Made by a program: the position numbers and the translations under genes
NCBI GenBank assembly: GCA_964373795.1
Contig: CAYJVY010000015.1
Location: 5,120-23,946 of the forward strand
Direction: 5' to 3'
DNA from: an uncultured archaeon
GTDB lineage: Archaea; Iainarchaeota; Iainarchaeia; Iainarchaeales; DATDZZ01
Length of the DNA: 18,827 bases
Notes under the pieces: generated by a model
What the model was told of the DNA's origin: nothing
Databases searched by the model: none
The model's input: the letters and a program-made list of their open reading frames with translations, nothing else
In this document: in pieces, positions 6,431 to 14,324 of the stretch
Layout: each line of letters opens with the position of its first letter
Position numbering within the stretch: position 1 is the first letter of the stretch

Positions 6431-6998
6431 TCTCTGTTAAACAAGTTGATTCATCAATTGGTTTGCCTTTTTCAAGACATTTTCCGGATTGAATGCAAGC
6501 ACCATCTGTTATAGAAGCTAATTGTTGTTTTATTGCTTCTTCGTTTTCATTTCCATATGAAATCAAAATTTTATCCAAGTCTTGCAATTCATATTTTTCA
6601 AATTCAAAATTTTTTTTGCTGTTTACATAGAATTTCAATGTTTTATTTCCTTTATTGCAGTACTCTGAATTGTCATCTAAAACAAAACAATTTGAATCAA
6701 ATTTTATGTTCATGGATTCAAAAAATTGTTTTAAAGTTACTCCTTTAAAGTGTTTGTGAATTATGTTTCCATTCAAGTCATGTAAATGAATGAAATGATT
6801 TAAAGAGTTATTTTCGTCTGAAATGAATTTTTTTTGCGCAAAATTAAATTCTTGTTCGTTTAAAAAAACCTTGAAATCTGCGTGTTCATGTACTAACTCA
6901 TTGTCTATAGGTTTTTTTTGTAATTGAATGAACAAAAATGAAACTATAACTACTAGTAAAAGAATTAATAAAATCAATATAATGTTTTTTGCATTCAT
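6414..6998 (-). CDS. Membrane-anchored extracellular protein with paired-histidine motifs and a Cys-rich C-terminus, unknown function
   Basis: N-terminal TM helix IILILLILLLVVIVSFLFI. Histidine motifs HEHADF, HFIHLHD and IIHKH. C-terminal CIQSGKCLEKGKPIDESTCLTEIGC. Confidence 0.55.
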   Translation of the reverse strand: MNAKNIILILLILLLVVIVSFLFIQLQKKPIDNELVHEHADFKVFLNEQEFNFAQKKFISDENNSLNHFIHLHDLNGNIIHKHFKGVTLKQFFESMNIKFDSNCFVLDDNSEYCNKGNKTLKFYVNSKKNFEFEKYELQDLDKILISYGNENEEAIKQQLASITDGACIQSGKCLEKGKPIDESTCLTEIGCTA

Positions 6999-7011
6999 AT
7001 AAAATTCTTCC

Positions 7012-8856
7012 TTATTCTATTGTAAAAGTTTTTTGTTTTTTATACATTGAAATGATTTCTGCCTCAGTTGTTGCTTCTTCTGGTTTTTTTTCTCGAATTG
7101 AAATCATTCTTGGAAACCTTAAAGCTAATCCTTTTCCGTCTTTTTTTGCACAAGTATGAGTTGGACTTATAGTTATTTCATCTGCTCTAACTTCTATTAC
7201 ATATTTTGGTTGAACCCATTCATCTGGTTCAAGTAATGAATCAACTCTTGGAGGCTTTTTTGAATTCTTGATTTTGTTTAAAATTTTTTCAAATTCTTGT
7301 AATTGTTGTTCGCTTAATCCTGTGCCAATTTTTGCAATGCTTTTAAATGAGTCACTTACATCGTCATATATTGCTACTAGTAATGCTCCTATCCCAAATT
7401 GAGTTCTTTTTCCTCTTCCTTTAAAGAATCCAATTATTACTGCGTCAATAGAATCTTGTAGTTCTCCTTTATAGGATCTTTTTAATTTAATCCACGCAAA
7501 TTTTCTTGCTCCAGCAATGTATTTTGCATTCAAGTCTTTGGCAATTATTCCTTCTAATCCTTGTTCAATGCTTTGCTCAAAGAATTCGTTTATTTTTTTT
7601 GCATCATCTGTTATAATTCCATTAGTTAATTCAATTATTTTTCCTGGTTTGACTATTTTTTGCAATATTTCTCGTCTTTCCTGCAAGCTTTCATTCATTA
7701 AATCTTTTTCATTAACCATCATTACATCAAACAAGAAAAGCTTTAACGGCAAGTCTTTTGATGCTTCACTTATTCCGTATTTTCTTTTTCTAGTAATTGT
7801 TACTTGAAATGAATAAAATTCGTTTGTTTCAAGGTTTACTGCTAATGTTTCTCCTTCCAGTATCGCTGTTTTTGCATTGATTTGTTCTTTTACTGCTTTA
7901 ATTATTTCTGGAAACATATGAGTCATATTTTCTGATTGCCTTGAATAAATTGTTACTTCTTCCCCGTTTTTATGTACTTGAATTCTAAATCCATCATATT
8001 TGCTTTCAACTAAACATTTTCCTATTTTTTCAATTATTTCTTCAGCTGAATTAAGTCTTTCTGCAAGCGTTGGCCTGATTGGAATGCCCGCAGTGATTTT
8101 AATTTCATTTAATCCTTGCAATCCTTTTTCTTTTAATTTTTCTGCAATTGCTCCAAGATTTGAATGAATATTGTATTTTTCTTCAATTTTTTCTCTAATT
8201 TTTGCTCGGATTTTTTTATAAAACTCTTCTTTAAATTCTTCTGGTTTTTTTTCTTTGCTTGCTTTAACTTCGTTTTCAACTTCTCTAACTAAATTTGAGT
8301 CTTTTTCAGCTTCTTTTACAAATAAATCTGCTAATGCATCCATTAGAGTTGGATCTCCCGTCCCTAAACGCAAATTTCCTAAAGGAATTCTTGCAATATA
8401 TTTTGCTTCTAAAGGAGTTGCAGAATTAAGTAATTCACTCATTAATTTTATTTTTAGTTCTTGGCTTCCTTTGCCTTCCATTTTTGCAATTTTTTCATAG
8501 TTTTGAAAAACTTTTTGAATTGAAAGAGTTTCTTTAAACAAGGAAGCCTGTTTTTTTGTTTTAATTAATTCTTCTGCCACTAAACCTAAATCTCCTTTTT
8601 CTTTATAGAGTTTATTTATTTGTTCCCTTGTATATCCAGATGATTTTGCAATTGCCTCTTCAATGAATTTTTCTCCTAATCCAATATCTATTGATTCAAA
8701 GCTTGCTCCGAGTTGACTTTGACATAAATAAATTACTTTTTTTATTTCTTGTGAAGGAGTCTCTTTAAAAAGCTGGCTTACGATTTCAATCATTTCAAGC
8801 CTTGAAGCGGTTTTCTCTATTTTGTCAAAGTATTCTGCTAGTTTTTGAAAATTCAT
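7012..8856 (-). CDS. lig: ATP-dependent DNA ligase (archaeal Lig1 type)
   Basis: Adenylation motif I ESKYDGFRIQVH, plus EGETLAV, LFLFDVM, EGIIAK and WIKLKRSY. N-terminal DNA-binding domain and C-terminal OB domain; 614 aa. Confidence 0.95.
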   Translation of the reverse strand: MNFQKLAEYFDKIEKTASRLEMIEIVSQLFKETPSQEIKKVIYLCQSQLGASFESIDIGLGEKFIEEAIAKSSGYTREQINKLYKEKGDLGLVAEELIKTKKQASLFKETLSIQKVFQNYEKIAKMEGKGSQELKIKLMSELLNSATPLEAKYIARIPLGNLRLGTGDPTLMDALADLFVKEAEKDSNLVREVENEVKASKEKKPEEFKEEFYKKIRAKIREKIEEKYNIHSNLGAIAEKLKEKGLQGLNEIKITAGIPIRPTLAERLNSAEEIIEKIGKCLVESKYDGFRIQVHKNGEEVTIYSRQSENMTHMFPEIIKAVKEQINAKTAILEGETLAVNLETNEFYSFQVTITRKRKYGISEASKDLPLKLFLFDVMMVNEKDLMNESLQERREILQKIVKPGKIIELTNGIITDDAKKINEFFEQSIEQGLEGIIAKDLNAKYIAGARKFAWIKLKRSYKGELQDSIDAVIIGFFKGRGKRTQFGIGALLVAIYDDVSDSFKSIAKIGTGLSEQQLQEFEKILNKIKNSKKPPRVDSLLEPDEWVQPKYVIEVRADEITISPTHTCAKKDGKGLALRFPRMISIREKKPEEATTEAEIISMYKKQKTFTIE

Positions 8857-8932
8857 TTCACTACCTTTTAATCATTCAATCTATAGACTTTAAAGCGCTT
8901 CTTTTTTAATACTTTTTTACTTCTCTTTTTTC

Positions 8933-10369
8933 ATGGCTGACAAAGATAAATCGACTCAAGGAATTCTGGTTAAAAAATCTGAAGATTTTTCTGAATGGTT
9001 TAATCAAGTAATCCTTAAAGCTGATTTAGCTGATTATGCTCCTGTTCGAGGCTTCATGGTTATCAAGCCTAGAGCTTATGCTGTTTGGGAAAAAATTCAA
9101 TCACTTTTTGATTCCAGAATTAAAGAATTAGGAGTGAAAAACGCTTATTTTCCTTTACTTATTCCTGAAGCTTTTTTTAAAAAAGAAGCAGAGCATGCAA
9201 AAGGATTTGCTCCAGAACTTGCATGGATTGAAAAAAAAGAAGGCGAGGAAAGAGTTGCAATTCGTCCTACAAGTGAAACAATTATTTATGATTCTTACTC
9301 TAAATGGATTCGCTCGCATAGAGACTTGCCTTTAAGAATTAATCAATGGTGTAATATTTTAAGATGGGAAGTAAAGCAGACAAAACTTTTTTTGCGCACA
9401 AGAGAATTTTTATGGCAAGAAGGTCACTGCGTTTACGAAACCGAACAAGAAACAGATAAAGAAGTATTGCTTTTTTTAAATGAATACAAAAAATTAATTG
9501 AAGGAATTCTTGCAATTTATTGTATTGCTGGAAGAAAAACTAAAGCTGAAACTTTTGCTGGAGCTAAATGGACTGCTTCACTTGAATCATTAATGCCTGA
9601 TGGAAAAGCCTTGCAACTAGCAACTTCTCATAGCCTTGGACAAGGATTTGCAAAAGCTTTTGAAATAAAGTTTACAGGCAAAGATGAAAAAGAACACATC
9701 CCTTGGCAGTCTTCTTGGGGTTTTTCTACTAGATTAATTGGAGCAATGGTAATGATCCATTCAGATGATAAAGGATTGGTTTTGCCTCCAAAACTAGCTG
9801 AAAATAAACTAGTTTTAATTCCAATTTTATTTGAAAAAACGAAAGACAAAGTATTAAAAAAATTATTAGAAATTGAAAAAGAGTTAAAGGAATTCAATCC
9901 ATTAATTGATTTAAGGGAAGATGTTTCTCCTGGATGGAAATTTAATGAATATGAATTAATTGGAGTACCATTGCGTTTAGAACTTGGCCCAAAGGACTTA
10001 GAAAAAAATCAGGCAGTATTAGTTAGAAGAGATTCAGGAAAAAAACTGTTTATTGAATTTAAAAACTTAAGAAAAGAGATTTTAAAACAATTAAATGAAA
10101 TGCATGAATCTTTATATGAGAACTCAAAAAAATTTGTTGAATCAAATATAGTTGAAGTTTCCTCTTACTCTGATTTCAAAAAAGCAATTGAAGAAAAAAA
10201 ATATGTAAAAGTATTTTTCTGTGAAGAAGTTTCTTGTGAAAAAAAGGTTTCAGAAGAAACAATTTGTAAATCCTCTTGCATTTCATTTGATCAAAAAGAG
10301 GAAAAAGGAAAATGTGTTTTTTGTGGAAATTCTGCTAAAAGAAAAACATTGTTTGCGAAATCATATTAA
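8933..10369 (+). CDS. proS: Prolyl-tRNA synthetase, archaeal/eukaryotic type
   Basis: Class II motifs: FPLLIP, AIRPTSET, WCNILRWE and REFLWQEGH. Anticodon-binding domain, then a Cys-rich C-terminal domain ending in the characteristic terminal Tyr (FAKSY-stop). Confidence 0.95.
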   Translation: MADKDKSTQGILVKKSEDFSEWFNQVILKADLADYAPVRGFMVIKPRAYAVWEKIQSLFDSRIKELGVKNAYFPLLIPEAFFKKEAEHAKGFAPELAWIEKKEGEERVAIRPTSETIIYDSYSKWIRSHRDLPLRINQWCNILRWEVKQTKLFLRTREFLWQEGHCVYETEQETDKEVLLFLNEYKKLIEGILAIYCIAGRKTKAETFAGAKWTASLESLMPDGKALQLATSHSLGQGFAKAFEIKFTGKDEKEHIPWQSSWGFSTRLIGAMVMIHSDDKGLVLPPKLAENKLVLIPILFEKTKDKVLKKLLEIEKELKEFNPLIDLREDVSPGWKFNEYELIGVPLRLELGPKDLEKNQAVLVRRDSGKKLFIEFKNLRKEILKQLNEMHESLYENSKKFVESNIVEVSSYSDFKKAIEEKKYVKVFFCEEVSCEKKVSEETICKSSCISFDQKEEKGKCVFCGNSAKRKTLFAKSY

Positions 10370-10382
10370 TTCAAATTTTTGA

Positions 10383-10841
10383 TTAAACAATTAATTTATT
10401 TTCTTCAAAAACTAAAATTAATTCAATTGCTTCCTTTCCTTTAATTTTTCCATGATCTCTGAAAAATTTAAATCCATTTTTTTTATAAAATTTCAATGCT
10501 TGAATATTTTCTTTTAAAACAATTAATACAATGTTTTCAATTCCAATTTCCTTCAAATAATTGATTGCATGCATTAATAGTTTTTTTCCAAATCCTTTTT
10601 CTCTGAATTTTTGTTTTACAGCAATTGCATTAATTCTGCTTGTTTCAGTTGTTTCAGGGAAAAATTTTATTTCAATATATCCAATAACTTCTTTTTTTTG
10701 TTTTCCACAAAAAACCTTTAAATTATTTTTTTTAATTTTTTCAAAGTATTGTTTTTCAGTGATTTTGTGATACGGAAATTCTTGTTTAATTAGTTTTTTT
10801 ATTTCTTTAAAGTCTTTTTTACTTATTTCATTTATTTGCAA
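10383..10841 (-). CDS. GNAT-family N-acetyltransferase (RimI/Ard1-like)
   Basis: Acetyl-CoA motif VKQKFREKGFGKKLL (Q/R-x-x-G-x-G/A) and YKKNGF. The start codon is TTG. Confidence 0.8.
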   Translation of the reverse strand: MQINEISKKDFKEIKKLIKQEFPYHKITEKQYFEKIKKNNLKVFCGKQKKEVIGYIEIKFFPETTETSRINAIAVKQKFREKGFGKKLLMHAINYLKEIGIENIVLIVLKENIQALKFYKKNGFKFFRDHGKIKGKEAIELILVFEENKLIV

Positions 10842-10853
10842 TCAAAAAACCTT

Positions 10854-11531
10854 TCACTTTATTGATTGAATGAATTGCTCTATTTCTTTAAATGAAACTG
10901 AGCAGCCATTAAATTTAACAGAATAAAGAGCTGCTTCAAGTGAATCAATTGAAGAAGTTAATTCTCCTTCAAAATGCCCTAATTCATATCCTAATGCAAT
11001 TAATTCAGTTGACCTAACTATTTTTATTTCTGGAAGATAGTTTTGAAATCTTTTTAATTGTTCTCTGTTTAATTCAAGTTTTTGTTTATATATTTTTTCC
11101 ATCCATTTTTTTAATTCTATAGGTTTTTCTACCAACATCCTAGTTGTTCGTTCATCAATTAATAATCCTTTAACATTTAATTTTTTCAACAATGCAAGGC
11201 TTTCGGCTTCTCCTTTATGGACAATTGTTAAAGATCCTTTTTCGCTTGAAAAAATGTCATTAGATATTCCTTGAATTAATTCAATTTCTCTAGTTAATTC
11301 ACTACTTTCCGGCCAAACCTTGATCCATCCCTCTTTAATTCCATCATTAATTCTAATTGCATTTAATTTGAATCTATTAATATTAAATGGCCTTGTAACT
11401 GATTCAGCTTCAACGCTTTTAGGAATAATAAATTCAAATCCAGGGTTAATTGAAAGTTTTTTTAAAATATGAATTAAACAACTATCTGCAATTGAAATAA
11501 TTGTTGACGAATCACACACAACTCTAGTCAT
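10854..11531 (-). CDS. PIN-like nuclease-fold protein (as I recall, COG2405/DUF3368-like) with a ~90-aa C-terminal extension
   Basis: VVCDSSTII carries the N-terminal Asp (D7). Also VEAES (E41/E43), HKGEAESLALL (E108/E110) and LLIDERTTR (D126). Order and spacing of the acidic residues fit a PIN fold. Confidence 0.5.
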   Translation of the reverse strand: MTRVVCDSSTIISIADSCLIHILKKLSINPGFEFIIPKSVEAESVTRPFNINRFKLNAIRINDGIKEGWIKVWPESSELTREIELIQGISNDIFSSEKGSLTIVHKGEAESLALLKKLNVKGLLIDERTTRMLVEKPIELKKWMEKIYKQKLELNREQLKRFQNYLPEIKIVRSTELIALGYELGHFEGELTSSIDSLEAALYSVKFNGCSVSFKEIEQFIQSIK

Positions 11532-11540
11532 TGAATTGCC

Positions 11541-12095
11541 TCATTCATTAATTAATTCTTTTAAATTAGTTAACCTTGTATTAATCCCTAAAGTTATTCC
11601 AAAGTCATCGTGAATAATTGTTTGCCCAATATATTGTTGAAGATTTTTTTTATCAGCTTTTGTTAGCTCGGCTGCTTGACTTAAACTTAATCCAAATGCA
11701 TATGCTCTGCTTGCTTGTTTTACTCTTGCTTTATCCAGCAAGCTTTGAACAAAGTGCCCTAGATTTTTGTCTACAGAAGAAATATTGAATACAACTTTAT
11801 TTAATGATTTTTCAAATGCTTGAACATTTTTTTGATATAATAGTCGAGTGCAATTATCAATTGAATCAAGGATGTTTGATTTTAATTTATTCCAATTTTT
11901 ATCATCTTTTATGTGGACTTTTGAAAGAAGTTTATATAATGAATAAGAAATTAATGAAATTTCTGCCAAAATTCTATCGTTTTTTAATGCAGCTTCTTCA
12001 ATGCATTTATTGCTGAAATCCTTTAAATCAATTATTCTTGTTTTTTGAAACAACTCTCTCAGTTTTTGGATCTTAATTATTAAGGGTTGCAACAT
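11541..12095 (-). CDS. Helical protein with a UPF0175-like HTH-like C-terminus; putative partner of the PIN protein
   Basis: RVKQASRAYAFGLSLSQAAELTKADKKNLQQYIGQT resembles the UPF0175 signature (Y-x-x-G-x-hS-h-x-x-AAEL) as I remember it. The ~130-aa N-terminal helical region is not recognisable. Confidence 0.4.
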   Translation of the reverse strand: MLQPLIIKIQKLRELFQKTRIIDLKDFSNKCIEEAALKNDRILAEISLISYSLYKLLSKVHIKDDKNWNKLKSNILDSIDNCTRLLYQKNVQAFEKSLNKVVFNISSVDKNLGHFVQSLLDKARVKQASRAYAFGLSLSQAAELTKADKKNLQQYIGQTIIHDDFGITLGINTRLTNLKELINE

Positions 12096-12177
12096 GTTTA
12101 ATTAAAACTATTTGAAGTATTTATATTTTTGCATTCAATTAAATACAAATAAAAATTTATTCAACCTATTTTTTTTC

Positions 12178-12897
12178 ATGAAAATTGCTTTAAAATTTTT
12201 TCCTCAAGAAGCTGAAAGATTTAATCAATTAATTCAATATGCTGACATGATTGAGGTAACTGGTTTTGAAGGTTCAACATATGATTTTTGCAAGGATTAT
12301 GATATTCCAAAAGTAATTCATAACCTGCATAATGCTTATGGAGTTAACTTTGCTAATCCCGAAAAAAGAGTAAAAAATCTTTCTTCAATTAATTTTTCTC
12401 TTTCCTTGGCTGATAAAATTAATGCTTCCTATGTAATCGTTCACCCAGAAGCAAATGAATCAAGTCATTGCTCGATTGAAACTGCTATTCAATTATTTAA
12501 TGAAGTCAATGACAGAAGAGTAATAATTGAAAATATGCCTTTTATTCATAAGGGAGTAAAAAATTTTGGGGCAAATTTTTCTGAAATGAAAAAATTATTA
12601 ACTGAAACAAGTAATAGGTTTTGCTTGGATTTTTCTCATGCATCTCAAGCAGCATTTCATTTAAAGAAAAAAGATGCAACTTTTATTAAAAAATTATTGG
12701 AATTAAATCCTATTCATTCACATATTTCAGATTCACATGTTGAAGCAGGAGTTGATCAACACTTGCATTTTGGAGATGGAAATGTTGATTTAAAGAAAAT
12801 AATTAAGTTGATTCCAAATATTGGAGTTACCCTTGAAACTCCAATAGATATTGAAAGGCAATTAAATGATGTTAGATTTTTAAAGGAAAATTTTTAA
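12178..12897 (+). CDS. Xylose-isomerase-like TIM-barrel protein (sugar phosphate isomerase/epimerase or AP-endonuclease-2 fold)
   Basis: Metal-ligand strand ends: YVIVHPE, IIENMP, FCLDFSHA, HSHISDS and DQHLHFGDGNVD. The ATG at 12178 is preferred over the TTG at 12112, whose 22-aa extension looks non-coding. Confidence 0.7.
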   Translation: MKIALKFFPQEAERFNQLIQYADMIEVTGFEGSTYDFCKDYDIPKVIHNLHNAYGVNFANPEKRVKNLSSINFSLSLADKINASYVIVHPEANESSHCSIETAIQLFNEVNDRRVIIENMPFIHKGVKNFGANFSEMKKLLTETSNRFCLDFSHASQAAFHLKKKDATFIKKLLELNPIHSHISDSHVEAGVDQHLHFGDGNVDLKKIIKLIPNIGVTLETPIDIERQLNDVRFLKENF

Positions 12898-13829
12898 TGA
12901 AAAAAACTTTTATTCCTTCAAAATTCAAAGAAAGATATAATGAATTATTTGAAAATGACGCTCTAAAATTTTTTGAGTATTGTGAAAGAAAATTAAGGAA
13001 AACCATTAGAATTAATTCATTAAAAATTTCTGTTGATGAATTACTAAAACTTTTTGAACAAAACAAAATTTTTGCAAAAAAATTGTCTTTTTCTGATTAT
13101 TGTTTTTTAGTTGAAGATCCACCAATGCGTTTAGGAATGCTTTTAGAGCATTCAATAGGTTTTTTTGCTATTCAAGAAATCTCTTCAATGATTCCTTCAA
13201 TAGTCTTAAATCCAAAGCCGGGAGAAAAGGTATTGGATTTAACTGCTGCTCCTGGAATGAAAACAACTCATTTAGCTCAATTAATGAACAATGAAGGACT
13301 AATTATTGCAATTGATATTAGCGCTTCAAGGATTAAATCTTTGAAATACAACCTTCAAAGACTTGGAGTGATTAATGCAATTGTTTTACAGCAAAATGCA
13401 TTAAATTTTAATTCAAGTTTTTTGTTTGACAAAATTTTATTAGATGCTCCGTGTTCAAGTGAAGGATTAATTCGCAAGCGTTTTGATGCACTAAAAAATT
13501 GGAGTGAAAACTTAATTCAAAAGAAATCAGTTCTTCAAAAAAAATTACTTCTGAAAGCGTTTTCATTGCTTAAACCTGGGGGAATATTAGTTTATTCTAC
13601 TTGCACTGTTGCTCCCGAAGAAAACGAAGAAGTAGTGAATTATTTATTGACAAAACATTCAAATGCGTTAATTGAAGAAACAAATATTGATGGTTTTGTT
13701 TGTAGAAAAGGGTTTCTTAAATGGCGAAATAATTTCTTTAAAACTGATGTAAAAAATTGTTTAAGAATTTTTCCCCAAGATAATAACTCTGAATCTTTTT
13801 TTGTTGCAAAAATAAGAAAGGCTGATTAA
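12897..13829 (+). CDS. NOL1/NOP2/Sun-family RNA (cytosine-C5)-methyltransferase (aTrm4/RsmF-like)
   Basis: SAM motif DLTAAPGMKTTHLA, and catalytic Cys motifs LDAPCSSEGLIRK and LVYSTCTVAPEENEEV. The start overlaps the upstream stop (TAATG). Confidence 0.9.
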   Translation: MKKTFIPSKFKERYNELFENDALKFFEYCERKLRKTIRINSLKISVDELLKLFEQNKIFAKKLSFSDYCFLVEDPPMRLGMLLEHSIGFFAIQEISSMIPSIVLNPKPGEKVLDLTAAPGMKTTHLAQLMNNEGLIIAIDISASRIKSLKYNLQRLGVINAIVLQQNALNFNSSFLFDKILLDAPCSSEGLIRKRFDALKNWSENLIQKKSVLQKKLLLKAFSLLKPGGILVYSTCTVAPEENEEVVNYLLTKHSNALIEETNIDGFVCRKGFLKWRNNFFKTDVKNCLRIFPQDNNSESFFVAKIRKAD

Positions 13830-14324
13830 ATGAATTTCTATGAATTGAATGCAAAAGAATCCTCTAAAATAATTAATTTTTTTAATTTAAGGTTTGGAGT
13901 TCAAAAAGATTTTTTTAGCAACAAAATTTTGTTAAAAAATCAAAATTTTGTTTTCCTTTCAACGCCTGCTGTTTTGAGTTGCTTAAATTTTGATTGGCCT
14001 TTTGAGTTAATTGGGTCGACATTGTTAATTGATTTTAAATCTCTTAAACCTTCTTCGCTTGCATTAACACTTTTTAATAATCAAGTTAATCAAAACTTTA
14101 TTGAATTAAATGAAGAACAATTAAAAAAGTTTTTAACTAACGAACTAATTGTTTTAACTGAAAATAATTTGAGGAATGTGTTATCGAATGGATTCATTGC
14201 AATCAAATTTAACAATAGAATTGTTTCATCGGCTTTGCTTGAAGGAAAAAAATTAATTCCAAACTTGCCTTTAAAAAAAAGTAAGAGTGGGGCCAGTGGG
14301 AATCGAACTCACGCTCGCGGGTAA
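13830..14324 (+). CDS. Possible detached RsmF-type C-terminal (PUA-like) RNA-binding domain protein
   Basis: Starts immediately after the methyltransferase stop. GFIAIKFNNRIVSSALLEGKKLIPNLPLKK resembles the G-x-G-K-x-x-LKN-x-P ending of RsmF-like C-terminal domains, a weak match from memory. The last 37 nt are antisense to tRNA exon 2. Confidence 0.5.
   Translation: MNFYELNAKESSKIINFFNLRFGVQKDFFSNKILLKNQNFVFLSTPAVLSCLNFDWPFELIGSTLLIDFKSLKPSSLALTLFNNQVNQNFIELNEEQLKKFLTNELIVLTENNLRNVLSNGFIAIKFNNRIVSSALLEGKKLIPNLPLKKSKSGASGNRTHARG
14273..14280 (-). terminator. Oligo-T (T8) stretch 7 nt downstream of the tRNA 3' end
   Basis: The minus strand reads ...GGCCCCA CTCTTAC TTTTTTTT. Archaeal RNAP terminates at oligo-T. 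The tract lies inside the convergent CDS. Confidence 0.4.

Noticed and set aside
4354-8856. DNA ligase plus the four downstream genes as a DNA repair or uptake system.
   Set aside because: The only link is co-orientation and a 13-nt gap. The four proteins look like envelope proteins with no nucleic-acid-related motifs. Compact genomes routinely pack unrelated genes this tightly.
10383-10841. GNAT as a TacT/AtaT-type acetyltransferase toxin belonging to the adjacent TA-like pair.
   Set aside because: Its size and motifs fit ordinary RimI/Ard1-type N-acetyltransferases. No RHH or small antitoxin gene is adjacent. Proximity alone is not evidence.
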